Assembly: GCA_964016885.1 (NCBI GenBank)
Contig: OZ024755.1
Coordinates: forward strand, 40,300,001 to 40,364,000
Reading direction: 5' to 3'
Length of the DNA: 64,000 nt
Source of the DNA: Eledone cirrhosa
Lineage: Eukaryota
Shown here: positions 19,401-34,400 of the stretch, in pieces
Layout: each line of letters begins with the position of its first letter
Numbering within the stretch: position 1 is the first letter of the stretch
Translations under genes and position numbers: made by a program
The notes under the pieces: generated by a model
Database searches by the model: none
Seen by the model: only the letters and a program-made list of their open reading frames with translations
Told to the model about the DNA's origin: nothing

Positions 19401-22400
19401 CCAATGACTGACACCAGAAACATAACAGTACCCCGGTATGGCCACATTCTAATGACTGACACCAGTAACATAACAGTGCCCCAGTATTGCCACAGTCTAA
19501 TGACTGACACCAGTAACATAACAGTACACCAGTATGGCCACAGTCTAATGATTGACACAAGTAACATAACAATACCCCAGTGTGGCCACAATCTAATGAC
19601 TGACACCAGTAACATAACAATACCCCAGCATGGCCACAGTCTAATGACTCACACCAGTAACATAACAGTGCCCCAGTATGGCCACAGTCTAATGACTGCC
19701 ACCGGTAACATAACTGTGCCCCAGCATGGCCACAGTCTAATGACTGACACCAGTAACATAACAATACCACAGTATGGCCACAGTCTAATGACTGACACCA
19801 GTAACATAACAGTGCCCCAGTATAGCCACAGTCTAATGACTGACACCAGTAACAGAACAATGCTCCAGTATGGCCACATTCTAATGACTGACACCAATAA
19901 CATATCAGTGGCCCAGTATGCACACAGTCTAATGACTGACACCAGTAACATAACAGTACCCCAGTGTGGCGAGAGTCTAATGACTGATACCAGTAACAAA
20001 ACAGTGCCCCAGTATGGCCACAGTCTAATGACTGCAACCAGTAAAAGAACAGTGTGCCAGTATGTCCACAGTCTAATGACAGCCACCAGTAACAGAACAG
20101 TGCCCCAGTATGGCCACAGCTTAATGACTGCCACCAGTAACAGAACAGTGCCCCAGCATGGCCACAGTCTAATGACTGACACCAGTAACATAACAGTGCC
20201 CCAGTATGGCCACAGTCTAATGACTGACACCAGTAACATAACAGTGCCCCAATATGGCCACAGTCTAATGACTGACACCAGTAACATCAGAGTACCCCAC
20301 TATGGCCACAGTCTAATGACTGACACCAGTAACAAAACAGTGCCCCAGCATGGCCACAGTCTAATGACTGACACCAGTAACATAACAGTGCCCCAGCATG
20401 ACCACAGTCTAATGACTGACACCAGTAACATAACAGTGCCCCAGTATGGCCACAGTCTAATGACTGACACCACTAACATAACAATGACCCAGTATGGCCA
20501 CAGTCTAATGACTGCCACCAGTAACACAACAGTGCACCAGTATGACCACAGTCTAATAACTGACACCAGTAACATAACAGTGCCCCAGCATGTCTACAGT
20601 CTAATGACTGACACCAGTAACATAACAGTGCCCCAGCATGGCCACAGTCTAATGACTGACACCAGTAACATAACAGTGCCCCAGCATGGCAAAAGTCTAA
20701 TGACTGCCACAAGTAACAGAACAGTGCCCCAGTATGGCTACAGTCTAATGACTGCCACCAGTATCATAACAGTGCCCCAGCATGGCCACAGTCTAGTGAA
20801 TGACACCAGTAACATAACAATATCCCAGTATGGTCACAGTCTAATGACTGCCACCAGTAACAGAACAGTGCCCCAGTATGGCTACAGTCTAATGACTGCC
20901 AACAGTGACATAACAGTGCCCCAGCATGCCCACAGTCTAATGACTAACACCAGTAACAGAACAGTACCCCAGCATGGCCACAGTCTAATGACTGACATCA
21001 ACAAAAGAACAATGCACCAGCATGGCTATAGTCTAATGACTGACAGCAGTAACATAACAGTGCCCCAGTATGGCCACAGTCTAATGACTGACACCAGTAA
21101 CATGACAGTACCCCAGTATGGCCACAGTCTAATGACTGACACCAGTAACAGAACAGTACCCCAGTATAGCCAAAGTCTACAGACTGACACCACGAACATA
21201 ACAGTACCCCAGTATGGCCACATTCTCATGACTGACACCAGTAACATAACATGCCCCAGTATCGCTACAGTCTAATCACTGACACCAGTAACATTACAGT
21301 ACCCCAGCATGGCCGCAATCTAATGAGTGGCACCAATAACAGAACAATGCCCCAGTATGGCCACTGTCTAATGACTGACACCAGTAACATAACAGTGCCC
21401 CAGTATGGCCACAGTCTAATTACTGACACCAGTAACATAACAATGCCCCAGCATGGCCACAGTCTAATGAGTGACACCAGTAACATAACAGTGCCCCAGC
21501 ATGACCACAGTCTAATGACTGACACCAGTAACAGAACAATGCCCCAGTATGGGCACAGTCTAATGACTGACACCAGTAACATAACAGTGCCCCAGCATGG
21601 CCACAGTCTAATGACTGACACCAGTAACATGACAGTGCCCCAGTATGGCCACAGTCTAATGACTGACACCAGTAACAGAACAGTGCGACAGCATGGCAAC
21701 AGTCTAATGACTGACAACAGTAACATAAGAGTACCCCAGCATGGCCACTGTCTAATGACTGTCACCACTATATTAACAGTGCCCCAGCATGGCCACAGTC
21801 TAATGACTGACACCAGTAACATAAGAGTACCCCAGCATGGCCACTGTCTAATGACTGTCACCACTATCATAACAGTGCCCCAGTATGGCCACAGTCTAAT
21901 GACTGACACCAGTAATATAACAGTGCCCCAGTATGGCCACAGTCTATTGACTGACACCAGTAACATAACAGTGCCCCAGTATGGCCACAGTCTAATGGCT
22001 GCCACCAATAACAGAACAATGCCCCAGTATGGCCACAGTCTAATGACTGACACCAGTAACAGAACAATGCCCCAGTATGGCCACAGTCTAATGACTGACA
22101 CCAGTAACATTACAGTACCCCAGCATGGCCACAGTCTAATGACTGACACCAATAACAGGACAATGCCCTGGTATGGCCACAGTCTAATGACTGACACCGG
22201 TAACATAACAGTACCCCAGCATGGCCACAGTCTAATGACTGTCACCTGTAACATAACAGTACCCCCCAGCATGGCTACAGTCTAATGACTGACACCAATA
22301 ACAGGACAGTGCCCTGGTATGGCCACAGTCTCATGACTAAAACCAGTAACAGAACAGTGCCCCAGTATGGCCACAGTCTCATGACTAAAACCAGTAACAG

Positions 22401-25400
22401 ATCAGTGCCCCAATATGGCCACAGTCTAATGACTGACACCAGTAGCATAACAGTGCCCCAGTATGGACAGATTCCAATGACTGACACCAGTAACATAACA
22501 GTGCTGCAGTATGGCCAGAGTCTAATGACTGACACCAGTAACATAACAGTGCCCCAGCATGGCCACAGTCTAATGACTAACACCAGTAACAGAACAGTAC
22601 CCCAGCATGGCCACAGTCTAATGACTGACATCAACAAAAGAACAATGCCCCAGCATGGCCACAGTCTAATGACTGACACCAGGAACATAACAATACCCCA
22701 GTATGGTCACAGTCTAATGACTGCCACCAGTAACATAACAGTGCCCCAGTATGGCCACAGTCTAATGACTGACACCAGTAACATGACAGTACCCCAGTAT
22801 GGCCACAGTCTAATGACTGACACCGGTAACAGAACAGTGCCCCAGCATGGCTACAATCTAATGAGTGCCACCAATAACAGAACAATGCCCCAGTATGGGC
22901 ACTGTCTAATGACTGACACCAGGAACATAACAGTGCTCCAGTATGGCCACAGTCTAATTACTGACGCCAGTAACATAACAGTGCCCCAGTATGGCCACAG
23001 TCTAATGACTGCCACCAGTAACATAACAGTGCCCCAGCATGACTACAGTCTAATGACTGACACCAGTAACAGAACAATGCCCCAGTATGGCCACAGTCTA
23101 ATGACTGACACCAGTAACATAACAGTGCCCCAGCATGGTCACAGTCTAATGACTGTCACCAGTAACATAACAGTGCCCCAGTATGGCCACAGTCTAATGA
23201 CTGTCACCAGTAACAGAACAGTGCCCCAGTATGGCCACAGTCTAATGACTGACACCAGTAACATAACAGTACCCCTGTCTGGCCACAGTCTAATGATTGA
23301 CACCAGTAACATTACAATACCCCAGTGTGGCCACAGTCTAATGACTGACACAAGTAAAATAACAGTGTCCTATGATGGCCACAGTCTAATGACTGCCACC
23401 AGTAACATAACTGTGCCCCATTATGGCCACAGTCTAATGATTGACACCAGTAACATAACAGTGCCCCAGTATGGCCACAGTCTAATGACTGACACCAGTA
23501 ACATAACAATACCACAGTATGGCCACAGTCTAATGACTGACACCAGAAACAGAACAGTGCCCCAGCATGGCCACAGTCTAATGACTGACACCAGTAACAT
23601 AAGAGTACCCCAGCATGGCCACTGTCTAATGACTGTCACCAGTAACATAACAGTGCCCCAGTATGGCCACAGTCTAATGAATGACACCAGTAACATAACA
23701 GTGCTCCAGTATGGCCACAGTCTAATGACTGACACCTGTAACATAACAGTGCCCCAGTATGGCCACAGTCTAATGCCTGCAACTAATAACAGAACAATGC
23801 CACAGTATGGCCACAGTCTAATGACTGACACCAGTAACAGAACAATGCCCCAGTATGGCCACAGTCTAATGACTGACACCAGTAACATAACAGTACCCCG
23901 GCATGGCCACATTCTAATGACTGACACCAGTAACATAAAAGTGCCCCAATATGGCCACAGTCTAATGACTGACACCAGTAACATAACAATACCCCAGCAT
24001 GGCCACAGTCTAATGACTGACACCAGTAACATAACAATACCCCAGCATGGCCACAGTCTAATGACTGACACCAGTAACATAACAGTGCCCAAGTATAGCC
24101 ACAGTCTAATGACTGACACCAGTAACAGAACAATGCCCCAGTATGGCCACATTCTAATGACTGACACCAATAACATATCAGTGCCCCAGTATGCACACAG
24201 TCTAATGACTGACACCAGTAACATAACAGTACCCCAGTGTGGCGAGAGTCTAATGACTGAAACCAGTAACAAAACAGTGCCCCAGTATGGCCACAGTCTA
24301 ATGACTGCAACCAGTAAAAGAACAGTGCGCCAGTATGTCCACAGTCTAATGACTGCCACCAGTAACAGAACAGTGCCCCAGTATGGCCACAGCCTAATGA
24401 CTGCCACCAGTAACAGAACAGTGCCCCAGCATGGCCACAGTCTAATGACTGACACCAGTAACATAACAGTGCCCCAGTATGGTCACAGTCTAATGACTGA
24501 CACCAGTAACATAACAGTGCCCCAGCATGGCTACAGTCTAATGACTGACACCAGTAACATAACAGTGCCCCAGCATGGCCACAGTCTAATGACTGACACC
24601 ACTAACATAACAGTGCCCCAGTATGGCCACAGTCTAATGACTGCCACCAGTAACAGAACAGTGCCCCAGTATGACCACAGTCTAATAACTGACACCAGTA
24701 ACATAACAGTGCCCCAGCATGTATACAGTCTAATGACTGACACCAGTAACAGAACAGTGGCCCAGTATGGCCACAGTCTAATGACTGAAACCAGTAACAT
24801 AACAGTGCCCAAGCATGGCCACAGTCTAATGACTGACACCAGTAACATAACAGTGCCCCAGCATGGCAAAAGTCTAATGAATGCCACAAGTAACAGAACA
24901 GTACCCCAGTATGGCCACAGTCTAATGACTTCCACCAGTAACATAACAGTGCCCCAGCATGGCAACAGTCTAATGACTGACACCAGTAACATAACAATAC
25001 CCCAGTATGGTCACAGTCTAATGACTGCCACCAGTAACATAACAGTGTCCCAGCATGGCCACAGTCTAATGACTAACACCAGTAACAGAACAGTACCCCA
25101 GTATGGCCACAGTCTAATGACTGCCACCAGTAACATAACTGTGCCCCAGTATGGCCACAGTCTAATGACTGACATCAGTAACATGACAGTACCCCAGTAT
25201 GGCCACAGTCTAATGACTGACACCGGTAACAGAACAGTGCCCCAGTATGGCTACAGTCTAATGAGTGCCACCAGTAACATAACAGTGCCCCAGCATGGCC
25301 ACAGTCTAATGACTAACACCAGTAACAGAACAGTACCCCAGCATGGCCACAGTCTAATGACTGACATCAACAAAAGAACAATGCCCCAGCATGGCAACAG

Positions 25401-28400
25401 TCTAAAGACTGACACCAGGAACATAACAGTACCCCAGTATGGCCACATTCTCATGACTGACACCAGTAACATAACGGTGCCCCAGTATGGCTACAGTCTA
25501 ATCACTGACACCAGTAACATTACAGTACCCCAGCATGGCCGCAATCTAATGAGTGCCACCAATAACAGAACAATGCCCCAGTATGGCCACAGTCTAATAA
25601 CTGACGCCAGTAACATAACAATACCCTAGCATGGCCACAGTCTAATGAGTGACACCAGTAACATAACAGTGCACCAGCATGACCACAGTCTAATGACTGA
25701 CACCAGTAACATAAGAGTACCCCAGCATGGCCACTGTCGAATGACTGTCACCAGTAACATAACAGTGCCCCAGTATGGCCACAGTCTAATGACTGACACC
25801 GGTAACATAACAGTGCCCCAGTGTGGCCACAGTCTAACGACTGACACCAGTAACATAACACTGCCCCAGTATGGCTACAGTCTAATGACTGCCACCAGTA
25901 ACATAACAGTGTCCCAGCATGGCCACAGTCTAATGACTAACACCAGTAAGTGAACAGTACCCCAGCATGGCCACAGTCTAATGACTGACATCAACAAAAG
26001 AACAATGCCCCAGCATGGCCACAGTCTAATGACTGACACCAGTAACATAACAATACCCCAGTATGGTCACAGTCTAATGATTGCCCCCAGTAACAGAACA
26101 GTGCCCCAGTATGGCCACAGTCTAATGACTGACACCAGTAACATGACAGTACCCCAGTATGGCCACAGTCTAATGACTGACACCGGTAACAGAACAGTGC
26201 CCCAGTATGGCCAAGGTCTAAAGACTGACACCAGGAACATAACAGTACCCCAGTATGGCCACATTCTCATGACTGACACCAGTAACATAACAGTGCCCCA
26301 GTATGGCTACAGTCTAATCACTGACACCAGTAACATTACAGTACCCCAGCATGGCCGCAATCTAATGAGTGCCACCAATAACAGAACAATGCCCCAGTAT
26401 GGCCACTGTGGAATGACTGACACCAGTAACATAACAATACCCTAGCATGGCCACAGTCTAATGAGTGACACCAGTAACATAACAGTGCCCCAGCATGACC
26501 ACAGTCTAATGACTGACACCAGTAACATAAGAGTACCCCAGCATGCCCACTGTCTAATGACTGTCACCAGTAACATAACAGTGCCCCAGTATGGCCACAG
26601 TCTAATGACTGACACCAGTAACATAACAGTGCCCCAGTATGGCCACAGTCTAATGACTGACACCAGTAACATAACAGTGCCCCAGTATGGCCACAGTCTA
26701 ATGGCTGCCACCAATAACAGAACAATGCCACAGTATGACCACAGTCTAATAACTGACACCAGTAACATAACAGTGCCCCAGTATAGCCACAGTCTAATGA
26801 CAGACACCAGTAACATAACAGTACCCCAGCATGGCCACAGTCTAATGACTGACACCAATAACAGAACAATGCCCCAGTATGGCCACATTCCAATGACTGA
26901 CACCAGAAACATAACAGTACCCCGGTATGGCCACATTCTAATGACTGACACCAGTAACATAACAGTGCCCCAGTATTGCCACAGTCTAATGACTGACACC
27001 AGTAACATAACAGTACACCAGTATGGCCACAGTCTAATGATTGACACAAGTAACATAACAATACCCCAGTGTGGCCACAATCTAATGACTGACACCAGTA
27101 ACATAACAATACCCCAGCATGGCCACAGTCTAATGACTCACACCAGTAACATAACAGTGCCCCAGTATGGCCACAGTCTAATGACTGCCACCGGTAACAT
27201 AACTGTGCCCCAGCATGGCCACAGTCTAATGACTGACACCAGTAACATAACAATACCACAGTATGGCCACAGTCTAATGACTGACACCAGTAACATAACA
27301 GTGCCCCAGTATAGCCACAGTCTAATGACTGACACCAGTAACAGAACAATGCTCCAGTATGGCCACATTCTAATGACTGACACCAATAACATATCAGTGG
27401 CCCAGTATGCACACAGTCTAATGACTGACACCAGTAACATAACAGTACCCCAGTGTGGCGAGAGTCTAATGACTGATACCAGTAACAAAACAGTGCCCCA
27501 GTATGGCCACAGTCTAATGACTGCAACCAGTAAAAGAACAGTGTGCCAGTATGTCCACAGTCTAATGACAGCCACCAGTAACAGAACAGTGCCCCAGTAT
27601 GGCCACAGCTTAATGACTGCCACCAGTAACAGAACAGTGCCCCAGCATGGCCACAGTCTAATGACTGACACCAGTAACATAACAGTGCCCCAGTATGGCC
27701 ACAGTCTAATGACTGACACCAGTAACATAACAGTGCCCCAATATGGCCACAGTCTAATGACTGACACCAGTAACATCAGAGTACCCCACTATGGCCACAG
27801 TCTAATGACTGACACCAGTAACAAAACAGTGCCCCAGCATGGCCACAGTCTAATGACTGACACCAGTAACATAACAGTGCCCCAGCATGACCACAGTCTA
27901 ATGACTGACACCAGTAACATAACAGTGCCCCAGTATGGCCACAGTCTAATGACTGACACCACTAACATAACAATGACCCAGTATGGCCACAGTCTAATGA
28001 CTGCCACCAGTAACACAACAGTGCACCAGTATGACCACAGTCTAATAACTGACACCAGTAACATAACAGTGCCCCAGCATGTCTACAGTCTAATGACTGA
28101 CACCAGTAACATAACAGTGCCCCAGCATGGCCACAGTCTAATGACTGACACCAGTAACATAACAGTGCCCCAGCATGGCAAAAGTCTAATGACTGCCACA
28201 AGTAACAGAACAGTGCCCCAGTATGGCTACAGTCTAATGACTGCCACCAGTATCATAACAGTGCCCCAGCATGGCCACAGTCTAGTGAATGACACCAGTA
28301 ACATAACAATATCCCAGTATGGTCACAGTCTAATGACTGCCACCAGTAACAGAACAGTGCCCCAGTATGGCTACAGTCTAATGACTGCCAACAGTGACAT

Positions 28401-31400
28401 AACAGTGCCCCAGCATGCCCACAGTCTAATGACTAACACCAGTAACAGAACAGTACCCCAGCATGGCCACAGTCTAATGACTGACATCAACAAAAGAACA
28501 ATGCACCAGCATGGCTATAGTCTAATGACTGACAGCAGTAACATAACAGTGCCCCAGTATGGCCACAGTCTAATGACTGACACCAGTAACATGACAGTAC
28601 CCCAGTATGGCCACAGTCTAATGACTGACACCAGTAACAGAACAGTACCCCAGTATAGCCAAAGTCTACAGACTGACACCACGAACATAACAGTACCCCA
28701 GTATGGCCACATTCTCATGACTGACACCAGTAACATAACATGCCCCAGTATCGCTACAGTCTAATCACTGACACCAGTAACATTACAGTACCCCAGCATG
28801 GCCGCAATCTAATGAGTGGCACCAATAACAGAACAATGCCCCAGTATGGCCACTGTCTAATGACTGACACCAGTAACATAACAGTGCCCCAGTATGGCCA
28901 CAGTCTAATTACTGACACCAGTAACATAACAATGCCCCAGCATGGCCACAGTCTAATGAGTGACACCAGTAACATAACAGTGCCCCAGCATGACCACAGT
29001 CTAATGACTGACACCAGTAACAGAACAATGCCCCAGTATGGGCACAGTCTAATGACTGACACCAGTAACATAACAGTGCCCCAGCATGGCCACAGTCTAA
29101 TGACTGACACCAGTAACATGACAGTGCCCCAGTATGGCCACAGTCTAATGACTGACACCAGTAACAGAACAGTGCGACAGCATGGCAACAGTCTAATGAC
29201 TGACAACAGTAACATAAGAGTACCCCAGCATGGCCACTGTCTAATGACTGTCACCACTATATTAACAGTGCCCCAGCATGGCCACAGTCTAATGACTGAC
29301 ACCAGTAACATAAGAGTACCCCAGCATGGCCACTGTCTAATGACTGTCACCACTATCATAACAGTGCCCCAGTATGGCCACAGTCTAATGACTGACACCA
29401 GTAATATAACAGTGCCCCAGTATGGCCACAGTCTATTGACTGACACCAGTAACATAACAGTGCCCCAGTATGGCCACAGTCTAATGGCTGCCACCAATAA
29501 CAGAACAATGCCCCAGTATGGCCACAGTCTAATGACTGACACCAGTAACAGAACAATGCCCCAGTATGGCCACAGTCTAATGACTGACACCAGTAACATT
29601 ACAGTACCCCAGCATGGCCACAGTCTAATGACTGACACCAATAACAGGACAATGCCCTGGTATGGCCACAGTCTAATGACTGACACCGGTAACATAACAG
29701 TACCCCAGCATGGCCACAGTCTAATGACTGTCACCTGTAACATAACAGTACCCCCCAGCATGGCTACAGTCTAATGACTGACACCAATAACAGGACAGTG
29801 CCCTGGTATGGCCACAGTCTCATGACTAAAACCAGTAACAGAACAGTGCCCCAGTATGGCCACAGTCTCATGACTAAAACCAGTAACAGATCAGTGCCCC
29901 AATATGGCCACAGTCTAATGACTGACACCAGTAGCATAACAGTGCCCCAGTATGGACAGATTCCAATGACTGACACCAGTAACATAACAGTGCTGCAGTA
30001 TGGCCAGAGTCTAATGACTGACACCAGTAACATAACAGTGCCCCAGCATGGCCACAGTCTAATGACTAACACCAGTAACAGAACAGTACCCCAGCATGGC
30101 CACAGTCTAATGACTGACATCAACAAAAGAACAATGCCCCAGCATGGCCACAGTCTAATGACTGACACCAGGAACATAACAATACCCCAGTATGGTCACA
30201 GTCTAATGACTGCCACCAGTAACATAACAGTGCCCCAGTATGGCCACAGTCTAATGACTGACACCAGTAACATGACAGTACCCCAGTATGGCCACAGTCT
30301 AATGACTGACACCGGTAACAGAACAGTGCCCCAGCATGGCTACAATCTAATGAGTGCCACCAATAACAGAACAATGCCCCAGTATGGGCACTGTCTAATG
30401 ACTGACACCAGGAACATAACAGTGCTCCAGTATGGCCACAGTCTAATTACTGACGCCAGTAACATAACAGTGCCCCAGTATGGCCACAGTCTAATGACTG
30501 CCACCAGTAACATAACAGTGCCCCAGCATGACTACAGTCTAATGACTGACACCAGTAACAGAACAATGCCCCAGTATGGCCACAGTCTAATGACTGACAC
30601 CAGTAACATAACAGTGCCCCAGCATGGTCACAGTCTAATGACTGTCACCAGTAACATAACAGTGCCCCAGTATGGCCACAGTCTAATGACTGTCACCAGT
30701 AACAGAACAGTGCCCCAGTATGGCCACAGTCTAATGACTGACACCAGTAACATAACAGTACCCCTGTCTGGCCACAGTCTAATGATTGACACCAGTAACA
30801 TTACAATACCCCAGTGTGGCCACAGTCTAATGACTGACACAAGTAAAATAACAGTGTCCTATGATGGCCACAGTCTAATGACTGCCACCAGTAACATAAC
30901 TGTGCCCCATTATGGCCACAGTCTAATGATTGACACCAGTAACATAACAGTGCCCCAGTATGGCCACAGTCTAATGACTGACACCAGTAACATAACAATA
31001 CCACAGTATGGCCACAGTCTAATGACTGACACCAGAAACAGAACAGTGCCCCAGCATGGCCACAGTCTAATGACTGACACCAGTAACATAAGAGTACCCC
31101 AGCATGGCCACTGTCTAATGACTGTCACCAGTAACATAACAGTGCCCCAGTATGGCCACAGTCTAATGAATGACACCAGTAACATAACAGTGCTCCAGTA
31201 TGGCCACAGTCTAATGACTGACACCTGTAACATAACAGTGCCCCAGTATGGCCACAGTCTAATGCCTGCAACTAATAACAGAACAATGCCACAGTATGGC
31301 CACAGTCTAATGACTGACACCAGTAACAGAACAATGCCCCAGTATGGCCACAGTCTAATGACTGACACCAGTAACATAACAGTACCCCGGCATGGCCACA

Positions 31401-34400
31401 TTCTAATGACTGACACCAGTAACATAACAGTACCCCAGTCTGGCCACAGTCCAATGATTGACACCAGTAACGTTACAATACCCCACTGTGGCCACAGTCT
31501 AATGACTGACACCAGTAACATAAGAGTACCCCAGCATGGCCACTGTCTAATGACTGTCACCAGTAACATAACAGTGCCCCAGTATGGCCACAGTCTAATG
31601 AATGACACCAGTAACATAACAGTGCTCCAGTATGGCCACAGTCTAATGACTCACACCAGTAACATAACAGTGTCCCAGGATGGCCACAGTCTAATGACTG
31701 CCACCAGTAACATAACTGTGCCCCATTATGGCCACAGTCTAATGATTGACACCAGTAACATAACAGTGCCCCAGTATGGCCACAGTCTAATGACTGCCAC
31801 CAGTAACAGAACAGTGCCCCAGCATGGCCACAGTCTAATGACAGACACCAGTAACATAACAGTGCCCCAGCATGGCCACAGTCTAATGACTGACACCAGT
31901 AACATAACAGTGCCCCAGTATGGCAACAGTCCAATGACGGACACCACTGACATAACAGTGCCCCAGTATGGCCACAGTCTAATGACTGACACCGGTAACA
32001 GAACAGTGCCCCAGCATGGCCACAATCTAATGAGTGCCACCAATAACAGAACAATGCCCCAGTATGGCCACAGTCTAATGAATGACACCAGTAGCATAAC
32101 AGTGCCCCAGTATGGACAGATTCCAATGACTGACACCAGTAACATAACAGTGCTGCAGTATGGCCAGAGTCTAATGACTGACACCAGTAACATAACAGTG
32201 CCCCAGCATGGCCACAGTCTAATGACTAACACCAGTAACAGAACAGTACCCCAGCATGGCCACAGTCTAATGACTGACATCAACAAAAGAACAATGCCCC
32301 AGCATGGCCACAGTCTAATGACTGACACCAGGAACATAACAATACCCCAGTATGGTCACAGTCTAATGACTGCCACCAGTAACATAACAGTGCCCCAGTA
32401 TGGCCACAGTCTAATGACTGACACCAGTAACATGACAGTACCCCAGTATGGCCACAGTCTAATGACTGACACCGGTAACAGAACAGTGCCCCAGCATGGC
32501 CACAATCTAATGAGTGCCACCAATAACAGAACAATGCCCCAGTATGGCCACTGTCTAATGACTGACACCAGGAACATAACAGTGCTCCAGTATGGCCACA
32601 GTCTAATTACTGACGCCAGTAACATAACAGTGCCCCAGTATGGCCACAGTCTAATGACTGCCACCAGTAACATAACAGTGCCCCAGCATGACTACAGTCT
32701 AATGACTGACACCAGTAACAGAACAATGCCCCAGTATGGCCACAGTCTAATGACTGACACCAGTAACATAACAGTGCCCCAGCATGGTCACAGTCTAATG
32801 ACTGTCACCAGTAACATAACAGTGCCCCAGTATGGCCACAGTCTAATGACTGTCACCAGTAACAGAACAGTGCCCCAGTATGGCCACAGTCTAATGACTG
32901 ACACCAGTAACATAACAGTACCCCAGTCTGGCCACAGTCTAATGATTGACACCAGTAACATTACAATACCCCAGTGTGGCCACAGTCTAATGACTGACAC
33001 AAGTAAAATAACAGTGTCCTATGATGGCCACAGTCTAATGACTGCCACCAGTAACATAACTGTGCCCCATTATGGCCACAGTCTAATGATTGACACCAGT
33101 AACATAACAGTGCCCCAGTATGGCCACAGTCTAATGACTGACACCAGTAACATAACAATACCACAGTATGGCCACAGTCTAATGACTGACACCAGAAACA
33201 GAACAGTGCCCCAGCATGGCCACAGTCTAATGACTGACACCAGTAACATAAGAGTACCCCAGCATGGCCACTGTCTAATGACTGTCACCAGTAACATAAC
33301 AGTGCCCCAGTATGGCCACAGTCTAATGAATGACACCAGTAACATAACAGTGCTCCAGTATGGCCACAGTCTAATGACTGACACCTGTAACATAACAGTG
33401 CCCCAGTATGGCCACAGTCTAATGCCTGCAACTAATAACAGAACAATGCCACAGTATGGCCACAGTCTAATGACTGACACCAGTAACAGAACAATGCCCC
33501 AGTATGGCCACAGTCTAATGACTGACACCAGTAACATAACAGTACCCCGGCATGGCCACATTCTAATGACTGACACCAGTAACATAACAGTACCCCAGTC
33601 TGGCCACAGTCTAATGATTGACACCAGTAACGTTACAATACCCCACTGTGGCCACAGTCTAATGACTGACACCAGTAACATAAGAGTACCCCAGCATGGC
33701 CACTGTCTAATGACTGTCACCAGTAACATAACAGTGCCCCAGTATGGCCACAGTCTAATGAATGACACCAGTAACATAACAGTGCTCCAGTATGGCCACA
33801 GTCTAATGACTCACACCAGTAACATAACAGTGTCCCAGGATGGCCACAGTCTAATGACTGCCACCAGTAACATAACTGTGCCCCATTATGGCCACAGTCT
33901 AATGATTGACACCAGTAACATAACAGTGCCCCAGTATGGCCACAGTCTAATGACTGCCACCAGTAACAGAACAGTGCCCCAGCATGGCCACAGTCTAATG
34001 ACAGACACCAGTAACATAACAGTGCCCCAGCATGGCCACAGTCTAATGACTGACACCAGTAACATAACAGTGCCCCAGTATGGCAACAGTCCAATGACGG
34101 ACACCACTGACATAACAGTGCCCCAGTATGGCCACAGTCTAATGACTGACACCGGTAACAGAACAGTGCCCCAGCATGGCCACAATCTAATGAGTGCCAC
34201 CAATAACAGAACAATGCCCCAGTATGGCCACAGTCTAATGAATGACACCAGTAGCATAACAGTGCCCCAGTATGGACAGATTCCAATGACTGACACCAGT
34301 AACATAACAGTGCTGCAGTATGGCCAGAGTCTAATGACTGACACCAGTAACATAACAGTGCCCCAGCATGGCCACAGTCTAATGACTAACACCAGTAACA

